Origin: Pseudomonas phage PhiPA3
Sequence record: HQ630627.1
Length of the DNA: 64,000 bases
Reading direction: 5' to 3' (one strand)
This document shows, piece after piece, positions 44,329 to 53,642 of the stretch. Within the stretch, counting starts at the first letter, position 1, and each line of letters begins with the position of its first letter. The translations under genes and the position numbers were made by a program. Under the pieces are notes generated by a model. It was not told the origin of the DNA and ran no database searches. It saw only the letters and a program-made list of their open reading frames with translations.

Positions 44329-44745
44329 GTGTCTTCACAGCTTGTTGTCGTTGACCTACTTCGTGGTTGGAGAAAGGTCAACTTCAGCGAGTTGGCAAGG
44401 GAACCACATGAAAGCCTGATGGACTACGTTGGTGAAGAAACCGAGCTGGCGTCGCTCCATCAGTTCTCGTACCATCGTGAGTACAGCGACCGACCATCGT
44501 ATCAAATCGATATCTGGTGGGACGAGGTACCCCAGCAAGCCAGACCGGAGAATTATGAACCCTCAGTTAAAGAGGCATTCGTTCACCGGCTGTGCAAGCT
44601 TTACGCAGCGGCCCTAGGCGGTTTCGTCGAAGGGGTTAAACATATCGGCCAAACCACTCACGTTTATATCAAGGTCAAAGAAGAAAAGGCCTTGCCGGTA
44701 AACTTGGATTGGATCCGGAATGAGCTGCCAGTTACAGAGGACTAA
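44329..44745 (+). CDS. hypothetical protein (GTG start)
   Basis: 138-aa ORF starting at GTG 44329, right after the previous stop. Confidence 0.5.
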   Translation: MSSQLVVVDLLRGWRKVNFSELAREPHESLMDYVGEETELASLHQFSYHREYSDRPSYQIDIWWDEVPQQARPENYEPSVKEAFVHRLCKLYAAALGGFVEGVKHIGQTTHVYIKVKEEKALPVNLDWIRNELPVTED

Positions 44746-44936
44746 TTGCGCAATACTATGCGTGAGTATTTCCTTTACGATGCTCTTTCGACAATACGGT
44801 TAAGAATGTTTAACAACATTCGCTAGAACATGTTGGGTTCGAGTCCCAACAACCCATCAGGGGTTATCAATCGGTCAACCCCCGCTCCACTGAAAAGCCT
44901 TGAGTGAGCTTTGATGTAGAGTAATTGTAATATGTA

Positions 44937-44965
44937 AGCCCCACCTTCGGGTGGGGTTTATTTCC
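44937..44965 (+). terminator. rho-independent terminator (GCCCCACC-UUCG-GGUGGGGUU plus UAUUUCCCCUUU)
   Basis: stem-loop in the 240-nt noncoding gap. Confidence 0.6.
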
Positions 44966-44987
44966 CCTTTAAAATTTGGAGCTTATA

Positions 44988-45476
44988 ATGACACAAGAAT
45001 TGAACCTGACTTTCTATCACTTGAAGTACGATGAATTGATCACCGTTCTACGTTTGATGGCTGGTGAATACAACGGAATGTCCGATCAAGGTTGCCGTGA
45101 TATGGTTCATGGTAATGCGTTCGGTACCGGCGCCAAAGTAATCGCCCAAGATTTTTCTGTCATGAATGGCTACGTGGCCATCACTGGTCCTATCCCTTCT
45201 GTACTCTTTAAAGGGGAAGAACATACCTTGTCCACAGCTGTGCTCGATCTTCCGGAACTGAGTCTACATGACTACACCGAAGAGATGTTGCACGACCTGA
45301 TTCGACGCAAGATGAGTGAGAAACTAGGTTGGTACTATACCGCTCAAGCTAATAAGGCGATCCTGGAACAACGTGAAGCTGCTGGACGTTTGACTTTCGC
45401 CAAAAGCCAACTTCCCAAACGCGCAGGAAATCCCAGCGTGGAATCGGTAAACGTCGAAGTTCAGGTCAAGCTGTAA
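44988..45476 (+). CDS. hypothetical protein
   Basis: track 44976..45476 begins on TTG; ATG 44988 in the context tttggagcttataATG (MTQELNLTFYHL). Confidence 0.6.
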   Translation: MTQELNLTFYHLKYDELITVLRLMAGEYNGMSDQGCRDMVHGNAFGTGAKVIAQDFSVMNGYVAITGPIPSVLFKGEEHTLSTAVLDLPELSLHDYTEEMLHDLIRRKMSEKLGWYYTAQANKAILEQREAAGRLTFAKSQLPKRAGNPSVESVNVEVQVKL

Positions 45477-45485
45477 GGATTCATA

Positions 45486-45890
45486 ATGGCCCGCGATATT
45501 CAAGTTACTTTTACCGTACTTCCTCCACAAGTGTTGACTATTGCACTGCGTCAACATTACGTGAAGAATGCTCGTCCGGAAAAACGACGGGAAGGAGCAT
45601 TCACAGAGACCGTTGGTCAATCACGTGGATTCGGTAAAGCTATTGACTTCATGATCATCAACGGAATCGTCGAAGCAGACGAGCGACCGATGATCAAGTT
45701 CGTGTGCGACAAGACTGGTGCCAACGTTCAGTGGCAGTTCCCCTCTATTGGGAAATCGGTTACCACTGAGCAACAAGTCGTGAATCTGGTACGAGAACGC
45801 GTGTGCAAGATTCTGCTGGAATACAATCTGTTTGATCCTAAGCAGGTTGAGATGGAAAAACGTGGTTGGGAAAAGTTACTCGCAGCGTAA
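45486..45890 (+). CDS. hypothetical protein
   Basis: 134-aa ORF; RBS aaggattcataATG. Confidence 0.6.
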   Translation: MARDIQVTFTVLPPQVLTIALRQHYVKNARPEKRREGAFTETVGQSRGFGKAIDFMIINGIVEADERPMIKFVCDKTGANVQWQFPSIGKSVTTEQQVVNLVRERVCKILLEYNLFDPKQVEMEKRGWEKLLAA

Positions 45891-46306
45891 TGATATACGT
45901 GGAAACATTTCCCAACTAGACCGAGGTTACAGCTGGACCATCTCCCCTAGGGCTTCCCGTCGCCTAAACTAGGGTGCCACCTGTGGCCTCACTTATCAAC
46001 CCTCTGCTTTCGGTGTGAGGGGTGGTCTCTCCGTATAGAGGAGAGACGCTATAGCGCAGCTCGCCAAGCTGCAAGCCGAAGCGTGATGTCTTACCTGGCT
46101 GGTATGACTAGCGAAGTTACGACGTGGTGTACTTTCCGAAGGCCAAAGGCGCCCCGGCCCATCAGAGTAGCGCTTTCGTTTTCCTTAGAGGCTGCCCTAA
46201 GCAGGCTCGCACTGGCCAGTGAGGAAAACGTCTGTATTCGAAACCAGCATAGCCCCGCCCCATCCGGGCGGGGTTTATGCCCTTAAATATACAAGAGGAG
46301 CTTATA
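45891..46306 (+). other. GC-rich, highly self-complementary noncoding region (candidate structured RNA; strand not established)
   Basis: no credible ORF; local GC clearly above surroundings; multiple hairpins (GGAAACAUUUCC, CUCUCC-GUAUAG-GGAGAG, CGCUAUAGCG, CGUUUUCC...GGAAAACG enclosing two sub-hairpins); ends with terminator 46250-46280. Confidence 0.35.
46250..46280 (+). terminator. rho-independent terminator (CCCCGCCCC-AUCC-GGGCGGGG plus UUUAUGCCC)
   Basis: GC stem plus the TTATGCC flank. Confidence 0.6.
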
Positions 46307-47041
46307 ATGTCGATTGTTGTTTATGATGGTGAGAATCTGCTGGTAGATAAGATCACCACTGCTACCCACGACCATTATCGAAAGGTAGATGGTAAGGATG
46401 TCGAGTACTATTCTGAACTCGACTGCAAAATAAATTTCCCCAAAGGGGCGGACACCTTCAACAATAAGCTCTATGGTCGTACCGTCTCTGCTTACACGTT
46501 AGTTGGTGACACCCGAGATCAACATCGGGTAATGTTCCTACTCAACTCTGAAGTCGTGATCGACCTGCGCTGTATTTCCGATACGGCAGTGGCCTGGCCG
46601 GAGATAGGCGTATTGTCCCCTGAGACCACCCACCTTTTCATCAATGAGGATGGCGGCCTAATCGAAATGACCATGGAGATTGATCCGGATAAGGGGACCT
46701 ACAAGGTCATCGATAATATTTATCACCCAGAGAGCTTGGCTAAGGTAGGTCCGGCGGTCTTTGGCCAGCCTTCTGCCTTCCTCAACAGTTACAACCGTCA
46801 CCTGCTCCGTCGTAATTTCACTGCGTTGGAACTGATGGTGTTCGGCATGTCTCGTTATCCAGGCCTGGGACGTCGCTTCGATCATTGGCATCGCCCTACT
46901 GGCAAACTGACCAAGGATATCCTGCTGTCGGATAGGCAGCGTAGACATATTCTAAATAAGATCGCAAAGGATTCGGCACTTGTGGACCTAGCGCCGGTGA
47001 AAACACTACAGGAGTTGTACACCGATGAGAAGCTTACCTGA
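46307..47041 (+). CDS. hypothetical protein
   Basis: track 46277..47041; ATG 46307 in the context acaagaggagcttataATG (same ggagcttataATG context as 44988). Confidence 0.6.
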   Translation: MSIVVYDGENLLVDKITTATHDHYRKVDGKDVEYYSELDCKINFPKGADTFNNKLYGRTVSAYTLVGDTRDQHRVMFLLNSEVVIDLRCISDTAVAWPEIGVLSPETTHLFINEDGGLIEMTMEIDPDKGTYKVIDNIYHPESLAKVGPAVFGQPSAFLNSYNRHLLRRNFTALELMVFGMSRYPGLGRRFDHWHRPTGKLTKDILLSDRQRRHILNKIAKDSALVDLAPVKTLQELYTDEKLT

Positions 47042-47164
47042 GGAGCGTTTAAAGCGCCAACAAAGCGCTATGCGCAAAGATCTCCTTCAGCGCTACCTGT
47101 GCTGGGGTTTCATCGGAGCGTGCGTTATACACGCTCTTTACAACCTTACAAAAGGAATTTTTTA

Positions 47165-47659
47165 ATGATCTTCATCAATAAGCCGTATCTTCCCGAAGAC
47201 CAAACCGCTCTCTGGGAAATGTTCCGTGAATCCGCCGATAATGCCTGTAGTGGGAATTATGCCATTGATCCGGAAATGCTCCCGATTATTCAGGAGTTCA
47301 ACCGTATCGAGGGTGTTACTACTCGTTACTGCTGTGAGGGTCACCCGGATGATCTCGGCGTAGATAACGCCTACGTCATGCTCGTCTGCGATCAATCTGG
47401 TCTCGAAAAGCTGATGCGTTTCAATATGCATCAAGCTTTCCATTGGATCAGTGAGAACGAGGGTGGCCAAGTCTGGCGCCTCGAACATTCCATGGCAGTG
47501 GTAGTAAATAATCGTGGTACTGAGTTTTGGTATCCGTGCGTTGTCTTGCGTAGTAACGATGGAGACAACAAGGCGACCACCACTCGTTACAACGCTTTCC
47601 TGCTCCAACAACTCCAGGGCTTTAACCGTGCCAAAACAACTGAACATCCGGAAGGTTAA
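47165..47659 (+). CDS. hypothetical protein
   Basis: track 47099..47659; ATG 47165 (MIFINKPYLPE) after ggaattttttaATG. Confidence 0.6.
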   Translation: MIFINKPYLPEDQTALWEMFRESADNACSGNYAIDPEMLPIIQEFNRIEGVTTRYCCEGHPDDLGVDNAYVMLVCDQSGLEKLMRFNMHQAFHWISENEGGQVWRLEHSMAVVVNNRGTEFWYPCVVLRSNDGDNKATTTRYNAFLLQQLQGFNRAKTTEHPEG

Positions 47660-48002
47660 ACGTGAGTTCTTCGCCAATGAGCGCAGTTATCAGGCAGCGC
47701 TTTATTGCGTGGAGCGCTGCAACGCGATTATCCGGCTGGTGAACCAAGGTTACATGATCTCCGATGGAGACCAACTCATGAAACCAGAGATCACCATGGC
47801 CTACAACCCGCCTAAGGATATCGAGGATAGCCATGATGTCGATTGGGTGATTGGCATCCGCGAACGACCAAAAGGGGGGCAAACCATCATTGCTGGGTGG
47901 TGCTGGGCAGACAACGGTAAGATCTACCTTACCAAGAAAGAAATCAACGAGTACTTCTCGAAATGGCGAGCAGTACATCCGAAACACCTGATCAAACTTT
48001 AA
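47514..48002 (+). CDS. hypothetical protein (start uncertain; candidate in-frame starts at 47752 and 47776 downstream of the 47659 stop)
   Basis: ORF frame continuous from 47514 but overlaps the upstream gene by 146 nt; RBS ggagaccaactcATG at 47776. Confidence 0.4.
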   Translation: MVLSFGIRALSCVVTMETTRRPPLVTTLSCSNNSRALTVPKQLNIRKVKREFFANERSYQAALYCVERCNAIIRLVNQGYMISDGDQLMKPEITMAYNPPKDIEDSHDVDWVIGIRERPKGGQTIIAGWCWADNGKIYLTKKEINEYFSKWRAVHPKHLIKL

Positions 48003-48024
48003 TCAACCAAAAGGAAACTACAAC

Positions 48025-48843
48025 ATGGGTATTCTTGCCGATTATGTTAACTTCCGCCGTAAGAACGGCAAAAGCGTCGCAGTACTGACCAGCATTGGCT
48101 CCAGCCTGGTAAGCCCGCGTCTGCAATCTTTCGAAGTCATTTCTGCACGGAATGGTTTCCTGCAAATCGATCACCCTCAGCTGGGGATACTCGATATCAA
48201 AGTCGATGTGGAATCCCAACAGGTAACCCACGACGGCTATATCCTCTGCACGGCTGACCGGGAACACTTCGCTAACTATCGTCGTGTTAATGAACACCCT
48301 GAACTACCGATCGCTACCGTACTGGTGGATATCAAATCCATCAGTCATCGTTTCGCTAAGGCCAGTGAACTACTACATATGCCATGGACTGTCCAACGTA
48401 AAACCAAGAACGGTATTGAACGCCGTAAGGTGGTACGTACGGAAACCACCAATGGTTTTGTCCAGGTGGAAGGCGAAACCGATCTCACCTGCATCTACGG
48501 TGAACACATCCTGCGTGATAAGGATGTAATCGCCAAAGGTGAGTCGCCCTGGGTGATCGATCCGAGCTGCCCGCTGTTCAACGAAATGAACCGTCTGTTC
48601 CGTCTCTACATGGAGAAAGTTACGGTCGATCATTTCCAAGCAATGCGTGCAGCACTGCCATGGTCCAAGCTTGCCTACATGCATAACCCGGCTCTCTCCA
48701 CTGCACCTGGTCGTGTAGTGGTACTGTTGGTTGATCCTGTTGGGCGGACCAGTGGTTATCGTGTAACCCACGACGGCAAGTTCGCATGGACCAATATCAA
48801 TGAACGCGCCTGGGCCAATGAAGGTTACGACATCGTCGACTAA
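48025..48843 (+). CDS. hypothetical protein
   Basis: 272-aa ORF; RBS aaaaggaaactacaacATG. Confidence 0.65.
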   Translation: MGILADYVNFRRKNGKSVAVLTSIGSSLVSPRLQSFEVISARNGFLQIDHPQLGILDIKVDVESQQVTHDGYILCTADREHFANYRRVNEHPELPIATVLVDIKSISHRFAKASELLHMPWTVQRKTKNGIERRKVVRTETTNGFVQVEGETDLTCIYGEHILRDKDVIAKGESPWVIDPSCPLFNEMNRLFRLYMEKVTVDHFQAMRAALPWSKLAYMHNPALSTAPGRVVVLLVDPVGRTSGYRVTHDGKFAWTNINERAWANEGYDIVD

Positions 48844-48844
48844 C

Positions 48845-48900
48845 GGCATAAAACCCCTCTCCTTCGGGAGAGGGGTCTATGTCTTTTTTTTCTTTTTGCT
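48845..48900 (+). terminator. strong rho-independent terminator (CCCCUCUCC-UUCG-GGAGAGGGG plus U8CU5) ending the + strand block
   Basis: 9-bp GC stem, UUCG loop, tcttttttttctttttg. Confidence 0.8.
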
Positions 48901-49054
48901 GTTCTTCGAGGCGAGTTCGATAAACATGGTTATACCTCACGCCAACAGGGCATAGGCAAGGTAGTTGGACTGTTCCTCCAACTACCCTACCACCAAGGTA
49001 TCTGATGCAAGCATCAACCTCATATAATTGCATGTCTATGAGGATATGTCTTTA

Positions 49055-49246
49055 TTACCGCGGAGTGATGCGGAACGCTTTAGTCCACAGGTCTATCCGG
49101 AAGAACGGGCGGTATTCATTGCGACCGCCGCCAGCACGAATCATCTCGTTCCCTGGGGTGAGGGTCAGTCGTTCTACCCGATAGTTCGTAGCCTTGTGAA
49201 TAATGCCGTTGAACTTACGAGCGATTTCCAGCTTATTGAATTTCAT
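49055..49246 (-). CDS. small hypothetical protein (63 aa)
   Basis: minus-strand ATG with RBS gggagtaatctATG; competing + ORF 49028..49276 lacks an RBS. Confidence 0.4.
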   Translation of the reverse strand: MKFNKLEIARKFNGIIHKATNYRVERLTLTPGNEMIRAGGGRNEYRPFFRIDLWTKAFRITPR

Positions 49247-49269
49247 AGATTACTCCCGTCCTGTTTGAG

Positions 49270-49296
49270 GGCATAAAGGTAGTCTTGCGACTACCC
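49270..49296 (-). terminator. terminator hairpin downstream of the tRNA-Ser/Thr unit (minus strand reads GGUAGUC-GCAA-GACUACC plus UUUAUGCCC)
   Basis: 7-bp stem with GNRA loop and the TTATGCC flank on the minus strand. Confidence 0.5.
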
Positions 49297-49452
49297 CGTG
49301 CGGCTGTACCTGCGTCCACTCTTTCGACTGGTTTTACCCTACAGCTAGGCTCATCAGTAATGAATTTTGCCAGCGCACATTTAGGAGGCGACAACTGTTA
49401 ATAGGTCGGGGGTGATAGCATTTGGGCCCAGTCTTTAACAGTGTCGCCAATT

Positions 49453-49541
49453 TGGCGGAAGCGCAGAGATTCGAACTCTAGGGGCCCTTTGGACCCGTCT
49501 GATTTCAAGTCAGGTGCCTTAAACCACTCGGCCACGCTTCC
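49453..49541 (-). tRNA. tRNA-Ser (anticodon UGA), type II with long variable arm, CCA encoded
   Basis: minus strand: GGAAGCG acceptor, GCCGAGUGGUUUAAGGC D-arm, anticodon loop CUUGAAA, variable arm CGGGUCCAAAGGGCCCC, T-arm UAGAG-UUCGAAU-CUCUG, acceptor CGCUUCC-G-CCA. Confidence 0.8.
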
Positions 49542-49547
49542 ATTGTA

Positions 49548-49640
49548 CATTAGTCGTAACGATGTTTTAACCAGCGTAAACTACCGGCCCGAAGGTGGGC
49601 CGCCCGAGGGTGTTGAACCCCCGATTCTTCGTTACGACTA
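49548..49640. other. structured spacer between tRNA-Ser and tRNA-Thr with a 12-bp terminal inverted repeat (UAGUCGUAACGA ... UCGUUACGACUA) and internal GC hairpins; possible degenerate tRNA or processing element
   Basis: inverted repeat plus GGCCC-GAAGGU-GGGCC and GGGGG-UUCAACA-CCCUC (T-arm-like on the minus strand) but no canonical cloverleaf. Confidence 0.3.
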
Positions 49641-49652
49641 AATTTCTGAATA

Positions 49653-49729
<77 letters not shown>

Positions 49730-49813
49730 AATATGTGACTAGGTAGAACGAGTGCACTTTTCGCATCCAATCAACCCAAGTTAGGAAGATAGATACCACG
49801 CGCAATACCCTAG

Positions 49814-49838
49814 TCACATATGGTAATACACTGAGTAT
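49814..49838 (-). promoter_or_regulatory. minus-strand bipartite motif ATACTCA-N11-TATGTGAC (~85 nt upstream of tRNA-Thr)
   Basis: member of the WTACTCA...TATGTRR family (7 copies on the minus strand). Confidence 0.4.
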
Positions 49839-49884
49839 AGTTTTACTTACAATGACGCAATGGACCACAGTTCGTTATTCTGGC

Positions 49885-49925
49885 TAGATCCGGCATAAAG
49901 GGAACCCGAAGGCTCCCTTTATTCG
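49885..49925 (-). terminator. terminator after the Kelch gene (minus strand reads AAAGGGAGCC-UUCG-GGUUCCCUUUAUGCC)
   Basis: near-perfect stem, UUCG loop on the minus strand, TTATGCC flank. Confidence 0.6.
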
Positions 49926-49944
49926 CTGCTGGTATCTGACCACA

Positions 49945-51804
49945 TTAACTAGGGTTATACACGTACAGTGTTTTCTGTATAACGTTCCCAGGCTGTACGC
50001 CACCCGACACATATATCATGCCATTGACAGATGCACACGAAATGTCGTTACCAATTACAGGTAGATCAGGTAGTTGTTTCCATGTATTAGCAACCACATC
50101 ATATTCCCAGAAATCACTGAACGTTTGTGAAGCTGAAGCACCACCGACAATGTAAACCTTATTGCCAACTGACGCCATACCAAACGAAACTCTTGCCTGT
50201 ATAGCGGTGGGGACATTGGCTAGCTTTGTCCATACACGGGTATTCAAATCCAGTACATGGACATCCCTCGACATGGTAGTTCCATTCAACCAACCAAATG
50301 CCAAGACTAGTTTACCCGCAGCAATAGCCATCCGACCATTCTTGCGTGGTGGGGGTGTGGAACCAGAAACCGATGGTTTAGTCCATTTATTTCCAGTACC
50401 GTCCAGATTGTACTGATAAAGGGCATTGTCAGTTGGACCACTATCACCGAACATATAAAGACTTCGTCCATAAGAAGCCATGCAGTGACCCATTCTCCAA
50501 CTGGGCATTGCGCCATCAGTAATTGAACTCCAGGTATTTACACTGGGGTCGTATGCAAACATATCCGGTGAAGAATTAGATCCACTGAAAATATAAGTCT
50601 TCCCATCTATTGTTGCACCAGCGGTTTCATGCCTTCCTGGTCCTTGGACAGCATCTTCGCTCCATGTGTTCGTATATGGATCGTAACTGTAATTGGTATT
50701 TGTTACCACCGCGCCAGTAGATCCGTAAAGAACCCTGTATTTACCAGCACTCTCAACCCCAACAGCACTCCGGCGACCCGCAGGCATATCGGCTAGCTGT
50801 GTCCATTGGTTCTTCTCAATTGATGGGGCTAATCGAATGCGATAGACATCTTCTAAGAGGTTTGCTTTCAAGAAATATCCTTGGCTGGACATTGGAACCT
50901 TGGTACCACCACTGACAATCATATCCCCATTACCCATCGGTGCAACGGAAACGATGTTTCTATAAGGGATATTCAACTTCAGTGGTTCAGCAAATCGCTT
51001 AGTTTTAATGTGGAATCGTTGTGCATACATTTCACCATTAACGACGTTAATATAGTTGTAGTAATCGCCAGTAACGTATCCGTTACCCTGCCACACCACT
51101 CCTTTATCTTCCGGTAACGTCATCCATGGCGTTTGTTCCCAGGTACCTGCTGCATTATTGTATCTATAAACGTCGAGATACAATCCACCCTTGTCATTAT
51201 TCCAACCACCAAAATGGTAGAAGTAACCATCGTAGTAAAAAAGCTGCTGCCCTGAGCGTGTATCACCGGCGTAGTTTTGACCAGCTTTCCAATCATTAGT
51301 AGCCGGACGGAGTCTAATAGAGTTATTGGAAGTACCGTTCGCTATCATTACGTCGGTACCACCGTCAGAAGCTGCCGCTGTACCATAGAACGAAAATGGC
51401 CCAGGTACAGTGCTCACTCTGGCGCCAGTTGCCTTAGTAAAGCGCTGCATTCTATTGGTCAGACCAGTACCGCCCATACCCGCAGAGTCATATCCGGTGA
51501 TACCACCGAATGTAAAGAACTCTCCGTTATGCATTACATGGTAGCCGATAGAAAAACCAGGGGAGAACGTTCCAGCTGTGGTTGATCCAATATACGAGAA
51601 AGGTTCCAACGTATACTGCCTGAATACGGTCCCTGCTACTGAACCTTCAGTATGGTGACCAGAACCAACAAACAGTGTGTTACCATCCACGTAAGAAGAT
51701 GAACCTCCTAACGCTACTCCTAAATCACCTAGTTTATCTATCCTCCCAAAACCGGTTAAAGGTAGCTGCTCGCCTTTTCCTGACGAAAGTAATATTTCAA
51801 ACAT
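49945..51804 (-). CDS. Kelch-repeat beta-propeller protein (galactose-oxidase-like fold; candidate tail fibre / host-recognition or carbohydrate-binding protein)
   Basis: 619 aa with repeated Kelch-type units (e.g. VYIVGGASASQTFSDFWEYDVVANTWKQLPDLP, IYVSGG...LYVYNP, FYHFGGWNNDKGGLYLDVYRYNNAAGTWEQ). Confidence 0.7.
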   Translation of the reverse strand: MFEILLSSGKGEQLPLTGFGRIDKLGDLGVALGGSSSYVDGNTLFVGSGHHTEGSVAGTVFRQYTLEPFSYIGSTTAGTFSPGFSIGYHVMHNGEFFTFGGITGYDSAGMGGTGLTNRMQRFTKATGARVSTVPGPFSFYGTAAASDGGTDVMIANGTSNNSIRLRPATNDWKAGQNYAGDTRSGQQLFYYDGYFYHFGGWNNDKGGLYLDVYRYNNAAGTWEQTPWMTLPEDKGVVWQGNGYVTGDYYNYINVVNGEMYAQRFHIKTKRFAEPLKLNIPYRNIVSVAPMGNGDMIVSGGTKVPMSSQGYFLKANLLEDVYRIRLAPSIEKNQWTQLADMPAGRRSAVGVESAGKYRVLYGSTGAVVTNTNYSYDPYTNTWSEDAVQGPGRHETAGATIDGKTYIFSGSNSSPDMFAYDPSVNTWSSITDGAMPSWRMGHCMASYGRSLYMFGDSGPTDNALYQYNLDGTGNKWTKPSVSGSTPPPRKNGRMAIAAGKLVLAFGWLNGTTMSRDVHVLDLNTRVWTKLANVPTAIQARVSFGMASVGNKVYIVGGASASQTFSDFWEYDVVANTWKQLPDLPVIGNDISCASVNGMIYVSGGVQPGNVIQKTLYVYNPS

Positions 51805-51867
51805 GAGTATGATCTCAAGTAATCCATCGTTGCATAGGATTAACCTTTATTATAATTGGGTAGACGA

Positions 51868-51898
51868 TATAAACCCACCCGCAATGGGTGGGTTTATG
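51868..51898. terminator. bidirectional-looking terminator (AAACCCACCC-GCAAU-GGGUGGGUUUAUGCC)
   Basis: 7-bp GC stem flanked by A-run and T-run; downstream of minus gene 51902..52783. Confidence 0.6.
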
Positions 51899-51901
51899 CC
51901 A

Positions 51902-52783
51902 TCAGACTAAAATAACCCTAGCTACCGGATGGAATCTTCCACCAAATTCTGGCTCTACTTCACGGGTTTCCCCTACCAGATTTATTTGGACAAAGTATCC
52001 AGGTCTAGTTGGACTTTCAGTGGAGGTTATATACCAAGCATCAGGAGGATCTTGTATATAGCCATAATCGGTCCTGTACGGTACTTTATCTCCACGCATC
52101 ATGATAGCTGGACCTACGTACTTAATGAACTCATCCACCGTAGGACACCAACAGAACATTCTTACGCCAGCAATACCGTTATAACTGCGCGATTGAATAA
52201 CACTACCACCAAATGCGCTGATAGCTTCGGGACTAAATACCGTGGACATGTCTTTCTGGTCACCGGTTCTATCGCCCAACCAACTCCAGTTATACAAAGC
52301 TGTTACGGACCAACCGTCGGCAGCCGGGTAAATACTGGTGCAGATGTATTCATCGTCGTAGGTATAGATTCTTAACCGAGTGCGAAAAAGATCATCATCC
52401 ATGCCATGACCCCTGTCACCGGTTATATCAGTAAAATCAATCCATCTTGGCGGTCTAATACCAGCCCAAGACACAGCGACCAAAGAATTATGCTCGGACG
52501 TTTCTCTAAAACCATAAGGCGCCAATACTCCAAGTCTTGGATCATTATGCCTGAATGTTTTAACATCCGAATAATAGCTTCCCCAATCCATTACATATTC
52601 AAGTAAGTACCAATACTGGAAACCCAGTAAGGTATTGTACTCGATGATACCTATCGTACCTGGATAACTTACCCAATCAGTCGGTAATGTATCTTTTGTA
52701 AATGGCTCGTTAGCCACGTACAGTCGATATTCCTTAGGCAAGTTTAGAGAAATGGTTGGATCTAAATAAAGATGGATGCGCAT
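51902..52783 (-). CDS. hypothetical protein (Trp/Tyr/Gly-rich; likely structural or carbohydrate-binding, operon with the Kelch gene)
   Basis: 293-aa ORF. Confidence 0.65.
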   Translation of the reverse strand: MRIHLYLDPTISLNLPKEYRLYVANEPFTKDTLPTDWVSYPGTIGIIEYNTLLGFQYWYLLEYVMDWGSYYSDVKTFRHNDPRLGVLAPYGFRETSEHNSLVAVSWAGIRPPRWIDFTDITGDRGHGMDDDLFRTRLRIYTYDDEYICTSIYPAADGWSVTALYNWSWLGDRTGDQKDMSTVFSPEAISAFGGSVIQSRSYNGIAGVRMFCWCPTVDEFIKYVGPAIMMRGDKVPYRTDYGYIQDPPDAWYITSTESPTRPGYFVQINLVGETREVEPEFGGRFHPVARVILV

Positions 52784-52784
52784 G

Positions 52785-53642
52785 TTATCCTCCGTTACCG
52801 ATCAAGCGCAGCGCCACTTTCCAATAAATTTTATACAAACTGGTATTCACATCCGGTGCAGTGATAAAATTGTCAGGATAAAATTTAGTCAGTCCAGCGC
52901 GGGAGTATAGCTTCTGTGTCACGTAGGAGGAAATCCTGTTTGCAACTACGATCGTATCTTCAGCTACATTAAGGAAACCAGCAGCGGCTTCAACGATACT
53001 CTTACCCCGTACTTCATGCTCTATATTCTCCAAGTACTCGGCATCGCTGTCGCAATAACTGTTCATGATGTATTCAGCCGTATTGGACATATCGAAAGCA
53101 TAGGTGAAATCGTTGATGGTGATTAACTTACCACTAGACAGCTCGGTGAGCACGTCATATAAATTCTCTGGCAGTATCTGTAAGTAACCCCCCAATGCAG
53201 TGTAGTAGTAATCACCGTTAAGATCATTGAGCTTAGTCCACTTATTGGTCCAGTTACCAATCACCAGTCCAGGTATATTCAATGCAGTGATCAATTCATC
53301 AGCCGTAGGCAATTGAGGGTCTTGTGTTACCCCAATAACCTTACCGAAGACATGTTGGCTCATTGACGAGCGCAGTTCACTACCAGGACCGTATAGACCA
53401 CTTGCCTTCATGGTAAACTGAGGACTAATGGCCTTGGTATTATTGAACACTGTCTGAATACGGTAGTTATACGTCGACCCACCAACTGCGGTAACGTCCC
53501 TGAAAGAGTTAGCAAATCCATCCAATACTGCAATGGGTGAATCTGTCGGGTCTTCTGGGATTGGGGTATCCACTGGAGTACGGAAAATGTTTATAACTGT
53601 ACGATCGGGTGGATTGGGGTTCTTAAATTCAAACTGAATCAT
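52785..53642 (-). CDS. hypothetical protein
   Basis: 285-aa ORF; start overlaps the upstream stop (ATGA). Confidence 0.65.
   Translation of the reverse strand: MIQFEFKNPNPPDRTVINIFRTPVDTPIPEDPTDSPIAVLDGFANSFRDVTAVGGSTYNYRIQTVFNNTKAISPQFTMKASGLYGPGSELRSSMSQHVFGKVIGVTQDPQLPTADELITALNIPGLVIGNWTNKWTKLNDLNGDYYYTALGGYLQILPENLYDVLTELSSGKLITINDFTYAFDMSNTAEYIMNSYCDSDAEYLENIEHEVRGKSIVEAAAGFLNVAEDTIVVANRISSYVTQKLYSRAGLTKFYPDNFITAPDVNTSLYKIYWKVALRLIGNGG

Noticed and set aside
46083-46286. 67-aa ORF inside the GC-rich block
   Set aside because: Its composition is Ala/Arg/Ser-rich with no RBS, and it overlaps the terminator hairpin. The region is better explained as structured noncoding sequence.
48960-48986. 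Perfect 10-bp hairpin GGUAGUUGGA-CUGUUCC-UCCAACUACC in the strand-switch region
   Set aside because: It has no adjacent U-run on either strand and no conserved context. It could be a processing site or replication-related palindrome, but the evidence is insufficient to call a feature.
49028-49276. 82-aa + ORF overlapping the minus-strand small gene 49055..49246
   Set aside because: It has no RBS and lies beyond the strong terminator that ends the + block. The minus-strand ORF has a good RBS, so that one was preferred (still low confidence).
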